A stretch of 64,000 nt of DNA from a virus. The position numbers and the translations under genes were made by a program. Positions within the stretch are counted from its first letter, which is position 1; every line of letters begins with the position of its first letter. The stretch is from IMG/VR virus record IMGVR_UViG_3300044613_001897, one strand, 5' to 3'. Positions 47,807 through 56,799 of this stretch are shown here, one piece after another. The notes beneath the pieces are model-generated. The model was not told the DNA's origin. It did not search any database and worked only from the letters and a program-made list of their open reading frames with translations.

Positions 47807-48702
47807 AGGATAGAGTCATATATTGTGATACGGATAGTATCTTTTGTAGCGCTAATGATATAATTACTGCATTTGAAAAGAAGTATTCTAGACCATTAAC
47901 TTATGAAGAAAAGTCTAGTACTACATTTAAAACTGCGATATCGGTAGAGAACTTTATCAATAATAGCTTTACTGACTATACTTTGAAGCATCATAATGTG
48001 ACTGAGCATGTATTGAATATTAAACAAGAATATGTTGGTGAAGCAGGTTTCTGGATAGCTAAAAAACGATATGCTCAAAAGATAGTAATGGAAAAAGGAG
48101 TTTCTATTGAGGCAATGACAGGAGGTAAAAAGAAATGGAAACTAGATGTGAAGGGTATGGATGTTGTAAGAAGTAACTTTCCTAAAGCATTCAGAGAGTT
48201 TATGTCTAATATTCTTATTTCTATATTAGATGGTGATGCTAAAACAGTATTAGACGATAAGATTATTCAATTCAGAGAGGACTTAGGAACTAAACCAATA
48301 CTAGATATAATGTTCCCTACAGGTATTAAGGAGATTAGTAAATACGGATTTGATCCTGCTAATCCTTTTATGCGATTTAAAGGTACTACCGCTCATGCAA
48401 AAGCTGCATTAAATTATAATGCTCTGTTAATGCATTACGGAATAGAAAGTAAGCCACCTATTTCTGATGGTACTAAGATAAAATGGACCTATTTGAAGAG
48501 TAATCCATTAAATCTAGAATCGTTAGCTTTATTGGGCTTTGAAGATCCTGAACCTATTGTAGATATAGTCGAGCAGTATATAGATAGAGATGCAATATTT
48601 GAAAGCGCATTAGAGAATAAGTTACAAGATTTTTATAGTTCCTTACAGTATGGATTAATTCCAAAAGCAGAAAATAATTTACAAGATTTCTTTTCATTTT
48701 AA
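47788..48702 (+). CDS. Family B DNA polymerase, C-terminal part (motif C, thumb)
   Basis: IYCDTDS, KKRYA, KGMD.VRS. Confidence 0.92.
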   Translation: MEHTEIKDRVIYCDTDSIFCSANDIITAFEKKYSRPLTYEEKSSTTFKTAISVENFINNSFTDYTLKHHNVTEHVLNIKQEYVGEAGFWIAKKRYAQKIVMEKGVSIEAMTGGKKKWKLDVKGMDVVRSNFPKAFREFMSNILISILDGDAKTVLDDKIIQFREDLGTKPILDIMFPTGIKEISKYGFDPANPFMRFKGTTAHAKAALNYNALLMHYGIESKPPISDGTKIKWTYLKSNPLNLESLALLGFEDPEPIVDIVEQYIDRDAIFESALENKLQDFYSSLQYGLIPKAENNLQDFFSF

Positions 48703-48712
48703 AAATAAAGTT

Positions 48713-49069
48713 ATGACAACAAAAACAACAGTAATCGTTACATTACAAGTAGAAGGTTTGCATTGTTGGCCAATGGCCAAAGAAATTATGCCTGAAGTAT
48801 CATTTTTAAGTGATCCACACAGACATATCTTTCATATCAAAGCTGCATTGCAAGTAACACATTCTGATAGAGATAGAGAGTTTATAATGTTTAAACGAGA
48901 TATAGCTAACTTTCTACATAAAAGATACTATTTAGAACTTCAAAGAATACATGACTTTGGACCAAAGAGTTGTGAAATGATAGCTGCAGAAATATTAGAT
49001 GTATTTGGATGTGAGTGGGTAGAAGTATTTGAAGATGGTGAAAATGGTGCACGAGTTGAATTAGTATGA
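48713..49069 (+). CDS. dpdL: QueD paralogue, T-fold (DpdL-like)
   Basis: LSDPHRHIF replaces the QueD CxxxHGH motif; EF, SCEMIA, V.EDGENGA. Confidence 0.65.
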   Translation: MTTKTTVIVTLQVEGLHCWPMAKEIMPEVSFLSDPHRHIFHIKAALQVTHSDRDREFIMFKRDIANFLHKRYYLELQRIHDFGPKSCEMIAAEILDVFGCEWVEVFEDGENGARVELV

Positions 49070-50070
49070 TTGCTAGATACAAACAATTATTTATTATAAT
49101 TGATCCTATTTGGTCTGAAGTTGGTTGGGAGTATGATTTAGAACTTTGTATTAAAAACCATTTATCAGATAGAAAGAATGTAAAACAAACTGTACAAACC
49201 ATTATAGGCCAAGTAGAACTTAAAGAAGCTTTTGTTAACGGTACTATAAAAGAAAATGCAGTACTATTGATGACAGAAGCTTCATCAGATCTAACTATAT
49301 TAGCAAAAAAGTTATCCAAAAGATATTCAATACCTATTTTTTCTGTAGGATTCTGGAGAAGTGCTAGTATATTTGAATATACCTATACTGCAATTGCTGA
49401 AAAACAATGGTGGTCAGATTTTGATAGAGTATGTTTTAAGGCTCTAGATAAAAATATATTATCAGATGAATGTTTTAGATATGATTTTAAAAAGTTTGTA
49501 TCTAAAACAAAACATTCAGTTAATATTTTTAAATATGCTATACCGGCTGACGCAATTAAGGATAGAATAGATTCTATACAACCAGTTGAGTTTAAGACAG
49601 ATTTAATATTAGTTGATGTACCATATCATAATACTGAAATAGAAAGAATGTTTTCATTAATAACTTCTGAAATGAAGTTTGATAAGCCGGTGTCAATAGT
49701 ATTTGCTTATGAGCATGGTGTACCTACAAGAGAACAGTATGTGCAATGGCTAATGAATACTAAGGTAGTTATTAATTTTGATGTAAGAGGAAGAATAGGC
49801 GATGATGTGTATCAGTATTATGCAGCTAATTGTGTCCCATTATGTAATGCTCCTAATTTTTATACAAATATTATTCCAGAAGAATGGAGATTAGAATCTG
49901 AATGGTTTACTAATATAGGTACAGTAATTGATGCATTACCTATGATAAAACATAAACTAGGAAAGGCTCTATTAGAATATGATACATTACGACCTACATT
50001 AGAACAAGAAGAAAACAGATTATCAACATTATTTTTTAGTTCGAAAAAATGTCTACAAAGACTTTACTAA
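49066..50070 (+). CDS. Degenerate paralogue of the 44184 glycosyltransferase
   Basis: Collinear segments (KTDLIL vs KRDLIL; TREQY...KVV vs TKDQY...KIV; VPL...FYT.I vs IPI...SYTEM) but lacks HR and EX7E. Confidence 0.55.
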   Translation: MIARYKQLFIIIDPIWSEVGWEYDLELCIKNHLSDRKNVKQTVQTIIGQVELKEAFVNGTIKENAVLLMTEASSDLTILAKKLSKRYSIPIFSVGFWRSASIFEYTYTAIAEKQWWSDFDRVCFKALDKNILSDECFRYDFKKFVSKTKHSVNIFKYAIPADAIKDRIDSIQPVEFKTDLILVDVPYHNTEIERMFSLITSEMKFDKPVSIVFAYEHGVPTREQYVQWLMNTKVVINFDVRGRIGDDVYQYYAANCVPLCNAPNFYTNIIPEEWRLESEWFTNIGTVIDALPMIKHKLGKALLEYDTLRPTLEQEENRLSTLFFSSKKCLQRLY

Positions 50071-50116
50071 TTCAACTAAATTCATTATATTAATCATAAA
50101 ATAAAAAGTAACAAAA

Positions 50117-50830
50117 ATGAAAAAGGAAAAACTAAGCAATTTTATTAGTAAGTACTATTTAGCAGGAAATGCAGATAGCGTTAAACTAATTGTGAAAGAC
50201 AAAGTATTGTCTACTAAATTTATAACAGCAGATCAGACTGTTATTGGCGAAGTAGAATTAAATGAATTTGATGCTGAAGATGTTGAGTTCGGTGTATATA
50301 CTACAGGTCAATTAATTAAATTAATATCAGCATTAGATGACTCGGTTAATTTAACTTTCAATAAAGTGGAAAGTAAAGTATATTCAGTAACTATGGATGA
50401 TACTATTACTAAAGCATCTTATATGTTATCAGATTTATCAGTAATTCCTACTGCTCCTAATTTGAAACAATTGCCACCATTTGATGTAAAGATTGAATTG
50501 ACAAAAGAATTTACTTCTAAGTTCATTAAAGCTAAGAATGCTTTACCAGAGGCAGATAATTTTGCAGTAGAATCTGATGGTACTAATACAAATATTATTA
50601 TTAACTATTCTAATGTGAATACTAATAAGATATCTTTTAAGGCAACCACATTAGAGACTAGTAGTATGAGCCCAGTATGTTTTTCAGCTAAATTGTTTAA
50701 AGAGATTCTAGAAGCTAATAAAGATTGCACAGGTACTTTGGAGATTAGCAGTAAAGGATTAGGTAGAGTTACTTTTTCAAATAAAGAATTTAGTACTGTA
50801 TACTATCTTGTTAAACTTTCAATTAATTAA
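50117..50830 (+). CDS. Sliding clamp (T4 gp45/PCNA-like)
   Basis: Two-domain beta-rich 237 aa, FGVY, F.A..FKEIL, ISSKGL..V.F, YYL; upstream of clamp loader. Confidence 0.8.
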   Translation: MKKEKLSNFISKYYLAGNADSVKLIVKDKVLSTKFITADQTVIGEVELNEFDAEDVEFGVYTTGQLIKLISALDDSVNLTFNKVESKVYSVTMDDTITKASYMLSDLSVIPTAPNLKQLPPFDVKIELTKEFTSKFIKAKNALPEADNFAVESDGTNTNIIINYSNVNTNKISFKATTLETSSMSPVCFSAKLFKEILEANKDCTGTLEISSKGLGRVTFSNKEFSTVYYLVKLSIN

Positions 50831-50832
50831 TA

Positions 50833-51759
50833 ATGTTTGGAAATACCGAAAATACATTATGGACTGAAAAATATAGACCGTCTAAACTAGATGACTATAT
50901 TGGAAATGACCATATTAAAGAAAAAGTAAAGATATATCTTGAAAATCAGGATGTACCACATTTACTATTAGCAGGTCCGGCCGGCACTGGTAAGACTTCA
51001 TTAGGTAAACTAATTGCAAGTAACTTAGATTGCGATTTGTTATATATCAATGCAAGTGATGAAAACTCTGTAGAAGTAGTGAGAGATAAAGTTAAATCAT
51101 TTTCTAGTGCTATAGGATTTAAACAATGGAGAATAGTATTACTAGATGAAGCAGATTTTATCACATCAAATGGTCAGGCCGCGTTACGTAACTTAATGGA
51201 AACCTTTAGTAAAAACTGTAGATTTATTCTTACTTGTAATTATGTTGAAAAGATTATTGATCCTATTCAGTCTAGATGTCAGACATTTTTAGTTGTGCCC
51301 CCTAGTAGAAAAGATGTTGCAATACATATTTCTAAAATATTACAAAAGGAAGGAGTTCAGTATACACCTGAAGATTTAGTAGCTGTTATTAATTCGGGAT
51401 ACCCGGATATCAGAAGAATACTAAATGCTTGTCAGCGCCAAGCTATAAATGGTAAACTTGCTATCGACAAACAATCAATGGTTGAGGCTGGTTATATGGA
51501 AAAGATTCTAGAAATCTTAGTAGACAATTCAGATAAAAAAGGTAAATTTACACATATTAGACAGCTATTAGCTGATAGTAAGGTAAGAGACTTTACACCA
51601 TTATATAGATTTTTATATGACAATTTAGATAAGTTTGCAGTAGGCCATATAGCCTCTATAATTCTTATAATTGCAGAGCACCAAGCAATGGATATTCAAG
51701 TAGTCGATAAAGAAATTAACGTGTCAGCAATGTTCGTTAAAATATTGAATGAGATTTAA
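50833..51759 (+). CDS. Clamp loader ATPase (RFC/T4 gp44-like)
   Basis: WTEKYRP, GPAGTGKT, NASD, LDEAD, FILTCN, SRC, DIRR. Confidence 0.95.
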   Translation: MFGNTENTLWTEKYRPSKLDDYIGNDHIKEKVKIYLENQDVPHLLLAGPAGTGKTSLGKLIASNLDCDLLYINASDENSVEVVRDKVKSFSSAIGFKQWRIVLLDEADFITSNGQAALRNLMETFSKNCRFILTCNYVEKIIDPIQSRCQTFLVVPPSRKDVAIHISKILQKEGVQYTPEDLVAVINSGYPDIRRILNACQRQAINGKLAIDKQSMVEAGYMEKILEILVDNSDKKGKFTHIRQLLADSKVRDFTPLYRFLYDNLDKFAVGHIASIILIIAEHQAMDIQVVDKEINVSAMFVKILNEI

Positions 51760-51804
51760 TTTGTTTCTTTGAAAGAAATATTTCAGTAACGAAAAAATAA
51801 TTAT

Positions 51805-51966
51805 ATGGAATTTATTCTACATTTATTAGGTGCGTGTCCTGACAATCATACACATATCGATATGTCGGATATTCTGCTTTCATTGCCTCATGCAATGCAA
51901 CTATGCCTCTCGTATGTAAATCAGATACTTATGTATTTACGAACAATTAAAACCCTTATATCATGA
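51805..51966 (+). CDS. Small His/Cys-motif protein (absent from ORF track)
   Basis: MEFILHLLGACPDNHTHID..., 53 aa; stop overlaps next start (ATGA). Confidence 0.45.
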   Translation: MEFILHLLGACPDNHTHIDMSDILLSLPHAMQLCLSYVNQILMYLRTIKTLIS

Positions 51967-52205
51967 TTATAGATCCAACAAATCCAAATCAAAACAAAAC
52001 ACAAACAGGAACTCCACAGGTAGACTTATCTAAGACAACTGAACTAGCATGCGAATGCGAAAATGATATGTTCATGCCAGTAATGAAGTTCAGAAAGACT
52101 TCAGCAATTACATCACCAACCGGAAAAGCAGGAATAGTTCCAGTAGAAGTATATATGTGCACAGCATGCGGAACTATACCAGAAGAACTAGATTTTAAAC
52201 TGTAA
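51963..52205 (+). CDS. Small Zn-ribbon protein
   Basis: CEC...CTACG with SPTG. Confidence 0.65.
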   Translation: MIIDPTNPNQNKTQTGTPQVDLSKTTELACECENDMFMPVMKFRKTSAITSPTGKAGIVPVEVYMCTACGTIPEELDFKL

Positions 52206-52681
52206 TGGCTAAGAAAAAGACTGTAGATAAAAATGAGCCGGTAGTTCAGAAAGCTATGTCATTATTTGATCATATCAATAATGTTAAGAATTCTAAACGA
52301 GATTGGAAAATATTATCAGAATCTGATAGAAAGACTTGGTCAACATATATGGTCAATAGATTTTTATCTATGAACACTGACTATATTGATTTAGTTAACG
52401 CTTTACAAAAGTATACTATTAATATGGATAATGGTGTAGTACAAAAGTTATACTGCGAACTATTACCTAAAGATAATAGATTTTCTAAGTATATAAAAGG
52501 TACATCAGAAGATAAGTTTAGCACTGAACTCATTGATATCGTTAGAAAGTTTTATTTATGTAGTTCTGACGAAGCTATAGAAAATATAGAAATGTTGCAA
52601 AAGGTTAATCCACAACAATTAATTACTATACTAAAGAAGTATGGTAAAGATGACAAAACAATTAAAAAAATATTACAATAA
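52205..52681 (+). CDS. Clamp loader small subunit (T4 gp62-like)
   Basis: LFD.IN, YMVNRFLS, F.KYIK, Y.CS..EA; context. Confidence 0.75.
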   Translation: MAKKKTVDKNEPVVQKAMSLFDHINNVKNSKRDWKILSESDRKTWSTYMVNRFLSMNTDYIDLVNALQKYTINMDNGVVQKLYCELLPKDNRFSKYIKGTSEDKFSTELIDIVRKFYLCSSDEAIENIEMLQKVNPQQLITILKKYGKDDKTIKKILQ

Positions 52682-52947
52682 TGAAATTACGATATACAGT
52701 ATCCGAAGAAGTAAAATTGTTCTTCGGTGGACTAATACAAGTCTTACTAGTAGCAATCAATACATATCAATTAGCACATGAAAAATGGGTAGGATGTTTT
52801 ATTGTTGGCTTTTTTATTAGTTTTGTTTGGACTTTTAATGTTAAACGAATTGCATTTGGTAAATTAAGTGAAAGAATAATTTATGCCTTAGGTGCAGCAA
52901 CCGGAGCAGTAGCTGGTTTAGGTATATCAATAGCACTTTATCAATAA
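52681..52947 (+). CDS. Small multi-TM membrane protein
   Basis: Three hydrophobic helices. Confidence 0.6.
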   Translation: MKLRYTVSEEVKLFFGGLIQVLLVAINTYQLAHEKWVGCFIVGFFISFVWTFNVKRIAFGKLSERIIYALGAATGAVAGLGISIALYQ

Positions 52948-52957
52948 AACTAATTAT

Positions 52958-53704
52958 ATGTTAATAGGAATAAGCGGTAGAATTTCAAGCGGCAAAGATA
53001 CTGTAGGAGCAATGATAGAATACTTATCATCAGAATGCTCCAATAAAGATGGTAAACATTACAGAACCTTTGATGAGTTTCAAAATTACAGAGACGGTAA
53101 AGGTAATCATTTTCAGCCCTGGTATAATTCTGATTGGGAAATAAAAAAGTTTGCAGGTAAACTTAAACAGATAGCATCTATCTTAACAGGTATTCCTACT
53201 TATAAATTTGAAGATCAAGAATTTAAAAAAACCTTTTTAGGTACTGAATGGGACTATATGGAGCGATCAGGCGGTGAGTTTGGTAATGAATGGACACATA
53301 CTCAAATGACGGTTCGAGAGCTATTACAAAAGCTAGGTACCGATGCAATGAGAAATGGGTTGCATACTGATGTATGGGTTAATGCGACCCTGTCTGAATA
53401 CCTGAGTGATACTGTTGCCGAGGGTACAGACGAATTTGATGTATTAGATAAAGACCAATTGCCCAAATGGATAATAACAGATGTTAGATTTCCGAATGAG
53501 GCGAATGCAATAATACTTAAAAAAGGCGTATTAATTCGAGTGATAAGACCTGGACAACCAATGACTGATTTGCATCCAAGCGAAACCTCATTAGATGATT
53601 ATTCATTATTCAGTTACACTATTATGAATGATGGTACGTTAGATGATTTGTTAAATAAAGTAATCGATATTCTTGGTGATTTAAAGAAAAAATCTTATAT
53701 TTAA
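52958..53704 (+). CDS. Deoxynucleoside monophosphate kinase (T4 gp1-like)
   Basis: GISGRISSGKDT, FA..LK, RELLQKLGT, ITDVRFPNE, HPSE. Confidence 0.92.
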   Translation: MLIGISGRISSGKDTVGAMIEYLSSECSNKDGKHYRTFDEFQNYRDGKGNHFQPWYNSDWEIKKFAGKLKQIASILTGIPTYKFEDQEFKKTFLGTEWDYMERSGGEFGNEWTHTQMTVRELLQKLGTDAMRNGLHTDVWVNATLSEYLSDTVAEGTDEFDVLDKDQLPKWIITDVRFPNEANAIILKKGVLIRVIRPGQPMTDLHPSETSLDDYSLFSYTIMNDGTLDDLLNKVIDILGDLKKKSYI

Positions 53705-53706
53705 GT

Positions 53707-54669
53707 ATGCCGAAAAGTTTAGCCGATTTAGGAGTTTTATTAAGAATAACTCAACCAGAAAGAAAATCTACTGATACGACAATATCGTATAGTCAATTTG
53801 CTATGTATTCGCAATGTCCACTCAAATGGAAATTACATTATATAGACAAGATTCGAAAGGGCGGCCCTGGTATTGCTACTACATTCGGGACAGCATTTCA
53901 CGAGACTTTACAAGTATATTTATATACACTATATCATAAATCTGCTAAAGAAGCAGATCAAATGGATCTACCACAACTATTGCAAGACCGTATGGTAGAA
54001 ACCTATGAGATAGAAATGCACACTAACAATAACGGTGAACATTACGCCACACCAGAACTATTACAAGAACATTATAATGATGGTGTAGAAATTCTAAGAT
54101 ACATACAGAAAAATAGAACAGCATACTTTAAGAAACAGGATTTGGAACTATTAGGTGTTGAGATGCCATTATATATGCAAGCATCTGAATCTAATCCTAA
54201 TGTTGTAATGAATGGATTTATAGATTTAGTATTGAGAGATACTAAGACTGATGAAATATACATTTATGATATAAAGACTTCTACAAGAGGTTGGAACAAA
54301 TATGATAAAGTAAATAAGCTCAAAACTTCTCAGTTAGTTTTATATAAGCAATACTTTTCTAAACAGTATGGGTATGATGTAGAAAAGATTCATATACAGT
54401 ACTTTATTGTTAAAAGAAAACTATTAGAAGAAAGTTTATTTCCACAAAAGAGAGTTCAAGAATTTGAACCATCATCAGGTAAAGTTACTAGAAAGCAGTT
54501 ACAAACTCAAATAGATGAATTTGTTTCATCTTGTTTCAATCCTGATGGTTCTAAGAATACTGATAGAGAGTATGTAGCATTCACAAATAATTCGCGCAAC
54601 TGTAAATACTGCGATTATTTTAATTTACATGAACTATGCCCAAAAGAAAACAGAGTACATAAATTATGA
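53707..54669 (+). CDS. PD-(D/E)xK RecB/Cas4-like exonuclease
   Basis: ISYSQ...CP, GTAFHE, E, GFIDL, DIKT, QLVLY, C..C...CP. Confidence 0.88.
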   Translation: MPKSLADLGVLLRITQPERKSTDTTISYSQFAMYSQCPLKWKLHYIDKIRKGGPGIATTFGTAFHETLQVYLYTLYHKSAKEADQMDLPQLLQDRMVETYEIEMHTNNNGEHYATPELLQEHYNDGVEILRYIQKNRTAYFKKQDLELLGVEMPLYMQASESNPNVVMNGFIDLVLRDTKTDEIYIYDIKTSTRGWNKYDKVNKLKTSQLVLYKQYFSKQYGYDVEKIHIQYFIVKRKLLEESLFPQKRVQEFEPSSGKVTRKQLQTQIDEFVSSCFNPDGSKNTDREYVAFTNNSRNCKYCDYFNLHELCPKENRVHKL

Positions 54670-54875
54670 GATACGCTTTAATATTATTACTACTATACGG
54701 TTGTAGTTCAAGTAAAACACATTTCGTTATTTCATCAATAACACCATATAGAGACTTTGATGTATATTATGCTAAAAAGGGTCCTTATTGGATAAAGTTT
54801 AGAGATAGTACTGATAGCCATAATATGGGAGACACATTTAAAATTAAATTCAGCGATGGTCGCACCCTTCAGTAA
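54666..54875 (+). CDS. Putative lipoprotein
   Basis: MRYALILLLLYGC lipobox. Confidence 0.5.
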   Translation: MRYALILLLLYGCSSSKTHFVISSITPYRDFDVYYAKKGPYWIKFRDSTDSHNMGDTFKIKFSDGRTLQ

Positions 54876-55344
54876 AATATTCAATATACATAATTGTAAG
54901 ACATTAATAAAATCTAAACGTTCGCAAAAAGAAGACACTGTTAAAGTTGCGATAGTAGGTAGTCGTACTTATGAGAATAAACAGAAGATACGAGAAATGA
55001 TATTCTTACTTAAGCAAAAGTTTCCTAAATTAGAAATAGTATCAGGTGGTGCAGGACAAGGAGCAGACAAATATGCTAAAAAGTTTGCATTAGAAATGAA
55101 TGTAGGATATTTAGAATTTAATCCTGCTTGTTCTAATAAAAATTTATATTCAGCAATGCCAGATGAATATTACGGACATACCTTTCATGTATCGCAATTA
55201 TTTCATAGGAACGAACTTATGGCAATGTATGCAGATCAAATAATTGCATTTAGAAGTGCAGGTGAATCGAAAGGAACAGACCATGCTATAAAGATGGCGA
55301 CAAAATATGGTAAACAATATATAATAATAGGGGATAAAGTGTAA
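54856..55344 (+). CDS. SLOG-family (YspA/DUF2493-like) protein
   Basis: AIVGSR, IVSGGA.GAD, RN..M, IAF...SKGT; start uncertain. Confidence 0.8.
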   Translation: MVAPFSKIFNIHNCKTLIKSKRSQKEDTVKVAIVGSRTYENKQKIREMIFLLKQKFPKLEIVSGGAGQGADKYAKKFALEMNVGYLEFNPACSNKNLYSAMPDEYYGHTFHVSQLFHRNELMAMYADQIIAFRSAGESKGTDHAIKMATKYGKQYIIIGDKV

Positions 55345-55395
55345 AAATTTTATATTCTTAAAGTTTTTTCTTATATTTATTTAAAATAAAAAGTT

Positions 55396-56790
55396 ATGTC
55401 TCAACAAGAAGTTAGAAAAAAGAAAAAAATACTTTTACTTTCCGATGATTTAAGATTAAATTCGGGCGTAGGTGTAGTGTCACGCGAAATCGTTACAGGT
55501 ACTGTAAAAGATTTTGATTGGGTTCAATTAGGTGCCGCTATTAAGCATCCGGACCAAGGTAAAGTTATAGATTTATCAGAAGCTATAGGTAAAGAATTTG
55601 GAGTGCCTGATGCGTATGTCAAAGTTTATCCTTCTGATGGATATGGTAATTTAGATATTATCAGACAGTTAATCAATATAGAGCAACCAGATTGTATAAT
55701 GCACTTTACAGATCCTAGATTCTGGACTTGGTTGTATATGGGCGAGCATGAAATAAGACAAATGTTGCCACTTGTGTACTTAAATATCTGGGACAACTGG
55801 CCAGCTCCAGATTGGAACAAACCATTCTATATGTCGTGCGATATGTTAATGGGTATTAGTAAACAAACTGTAGCAATAAATAAAGCAGTACTAAAGGGTG
55901 AAGATTATAAAGATTGGCAATTAACTTATTTACCACACGGAATAAATAGTAAACTATTCTATCCTATACAGCATGGTACAGAAGATTATACAGCAATGCT
56001 TAAACATAAAGAAAGTTTAGGTATTAAAGAAGATGACTTTGTAGTACTATATAATGCTAGAAATATCAGAAGAAAACATACTTCAGATGTTATGTTAGCA
56101 TTCAAAGAATTTACTGATAAGTTACCTAAAGAAAAAGCTGATAAATGTGTACTATTAATGCACACACAACCAGTAGATGAAAATGGTACAGATTTATTTG
56201 CTACTCAAAAAGCATTACTACCAAATAATAGAGTTATATATTCAACACAACAGGTACCAACGCAGATTTTAAATTTACTTTATAATATTGCAGATGTTAC
56301 AATTAATCTAGCTTCTAATGAAGGATTTGGATTAGGTACTGCAGAATCTGTAATGGCCGGTACTCCTATTATAGTAAATGTTACAGGTGGATTACAAGAC
56401 CAATGTGGATTTAAAAATAATGAAGGAGAGTTCTTAACTGTAGATGATTATTCTGAAGAGTGGGGAACTAATAGTGATGGTAAGTATCAAGTATGTGGAG
56501 AATGGGCATTCCCTGTATTCCCTAAGGTTAGAACATTACAAGGGTCTGTACCCACTCCTTATATATGGGATGATATCGCTTGTTATAGAGATGCTGCAGA
56601 GAAACTAGAAGAGGTATATAATATAGATTATTATGAAAGAAAAGCTAGAGGCTTTGCTGGTAGAGAATATTTTTTAAAGCCGGAGACAATGTTAAGTGCA
56701 GTAGAAATGAATAATGCATTCGTTAAGTATATTAATACAGCTCTAGAAAATTGGAAACCTAGAAAACGTTTTGAACTAATAAAATCTTAA
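55396..56790 (+). CDS. GT4-family glycosyltransferase
   Basis: SGVG, PHG, RNIRRK, NEGFGL..AE, TGGLQDQ. Confidence 0.9.
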   Translation: MSQQEVRKKKKILLLSDDLRLNSGVGVVSREIVTGTVKDFDWVQLGAAIKHPDQGKVIDLSEAIGKEFGVPDAYVKVYPSDGYGNLDIIRQLINIEQPDCIMHFTDPRFWTWLYMGEHEIRQMLPLVYLNIWDNWPAPDWNKPFYMSCDMLMGISKQTVAINKAVLKGEDYKDWQLTYLPHGINSKLFYPIQHGTEDYTAMLKHKESLGIKEDDFVVLYNARNIRRKHTSDVMLAFKEFTDKLPKEKADKCVLLMHTQPVDENGTDLFATQKALLPNNRVIYSTQQVPTQILNLLYNIADVTINLASNEGFGLGTAESVMAGTPIIVNVTGGLQDQCGFKNNEGEFLTVDDYSEEWGTNSDGKYQVCGEWAFPVFPKVRTLQGSVPTPYIWDDIACYRDAAEKLEEVYNIDYYERKARGFAGREYFLKPETMLSAVEMNNAFVKYINTALENWKPRKRFELIKS

Positions 56791-56799
56791 TATAAAGTT

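Noticed and set aside
46860-47830. Group I intron or intein in polB
   Set aside because: Only 58 non-coding nt and no convincing P3-P7 core; the AAGGATAGAGTC S-like string lies in conserved polymerase coding sequence; the endonuclease is in another frame with no C/HN intein ends
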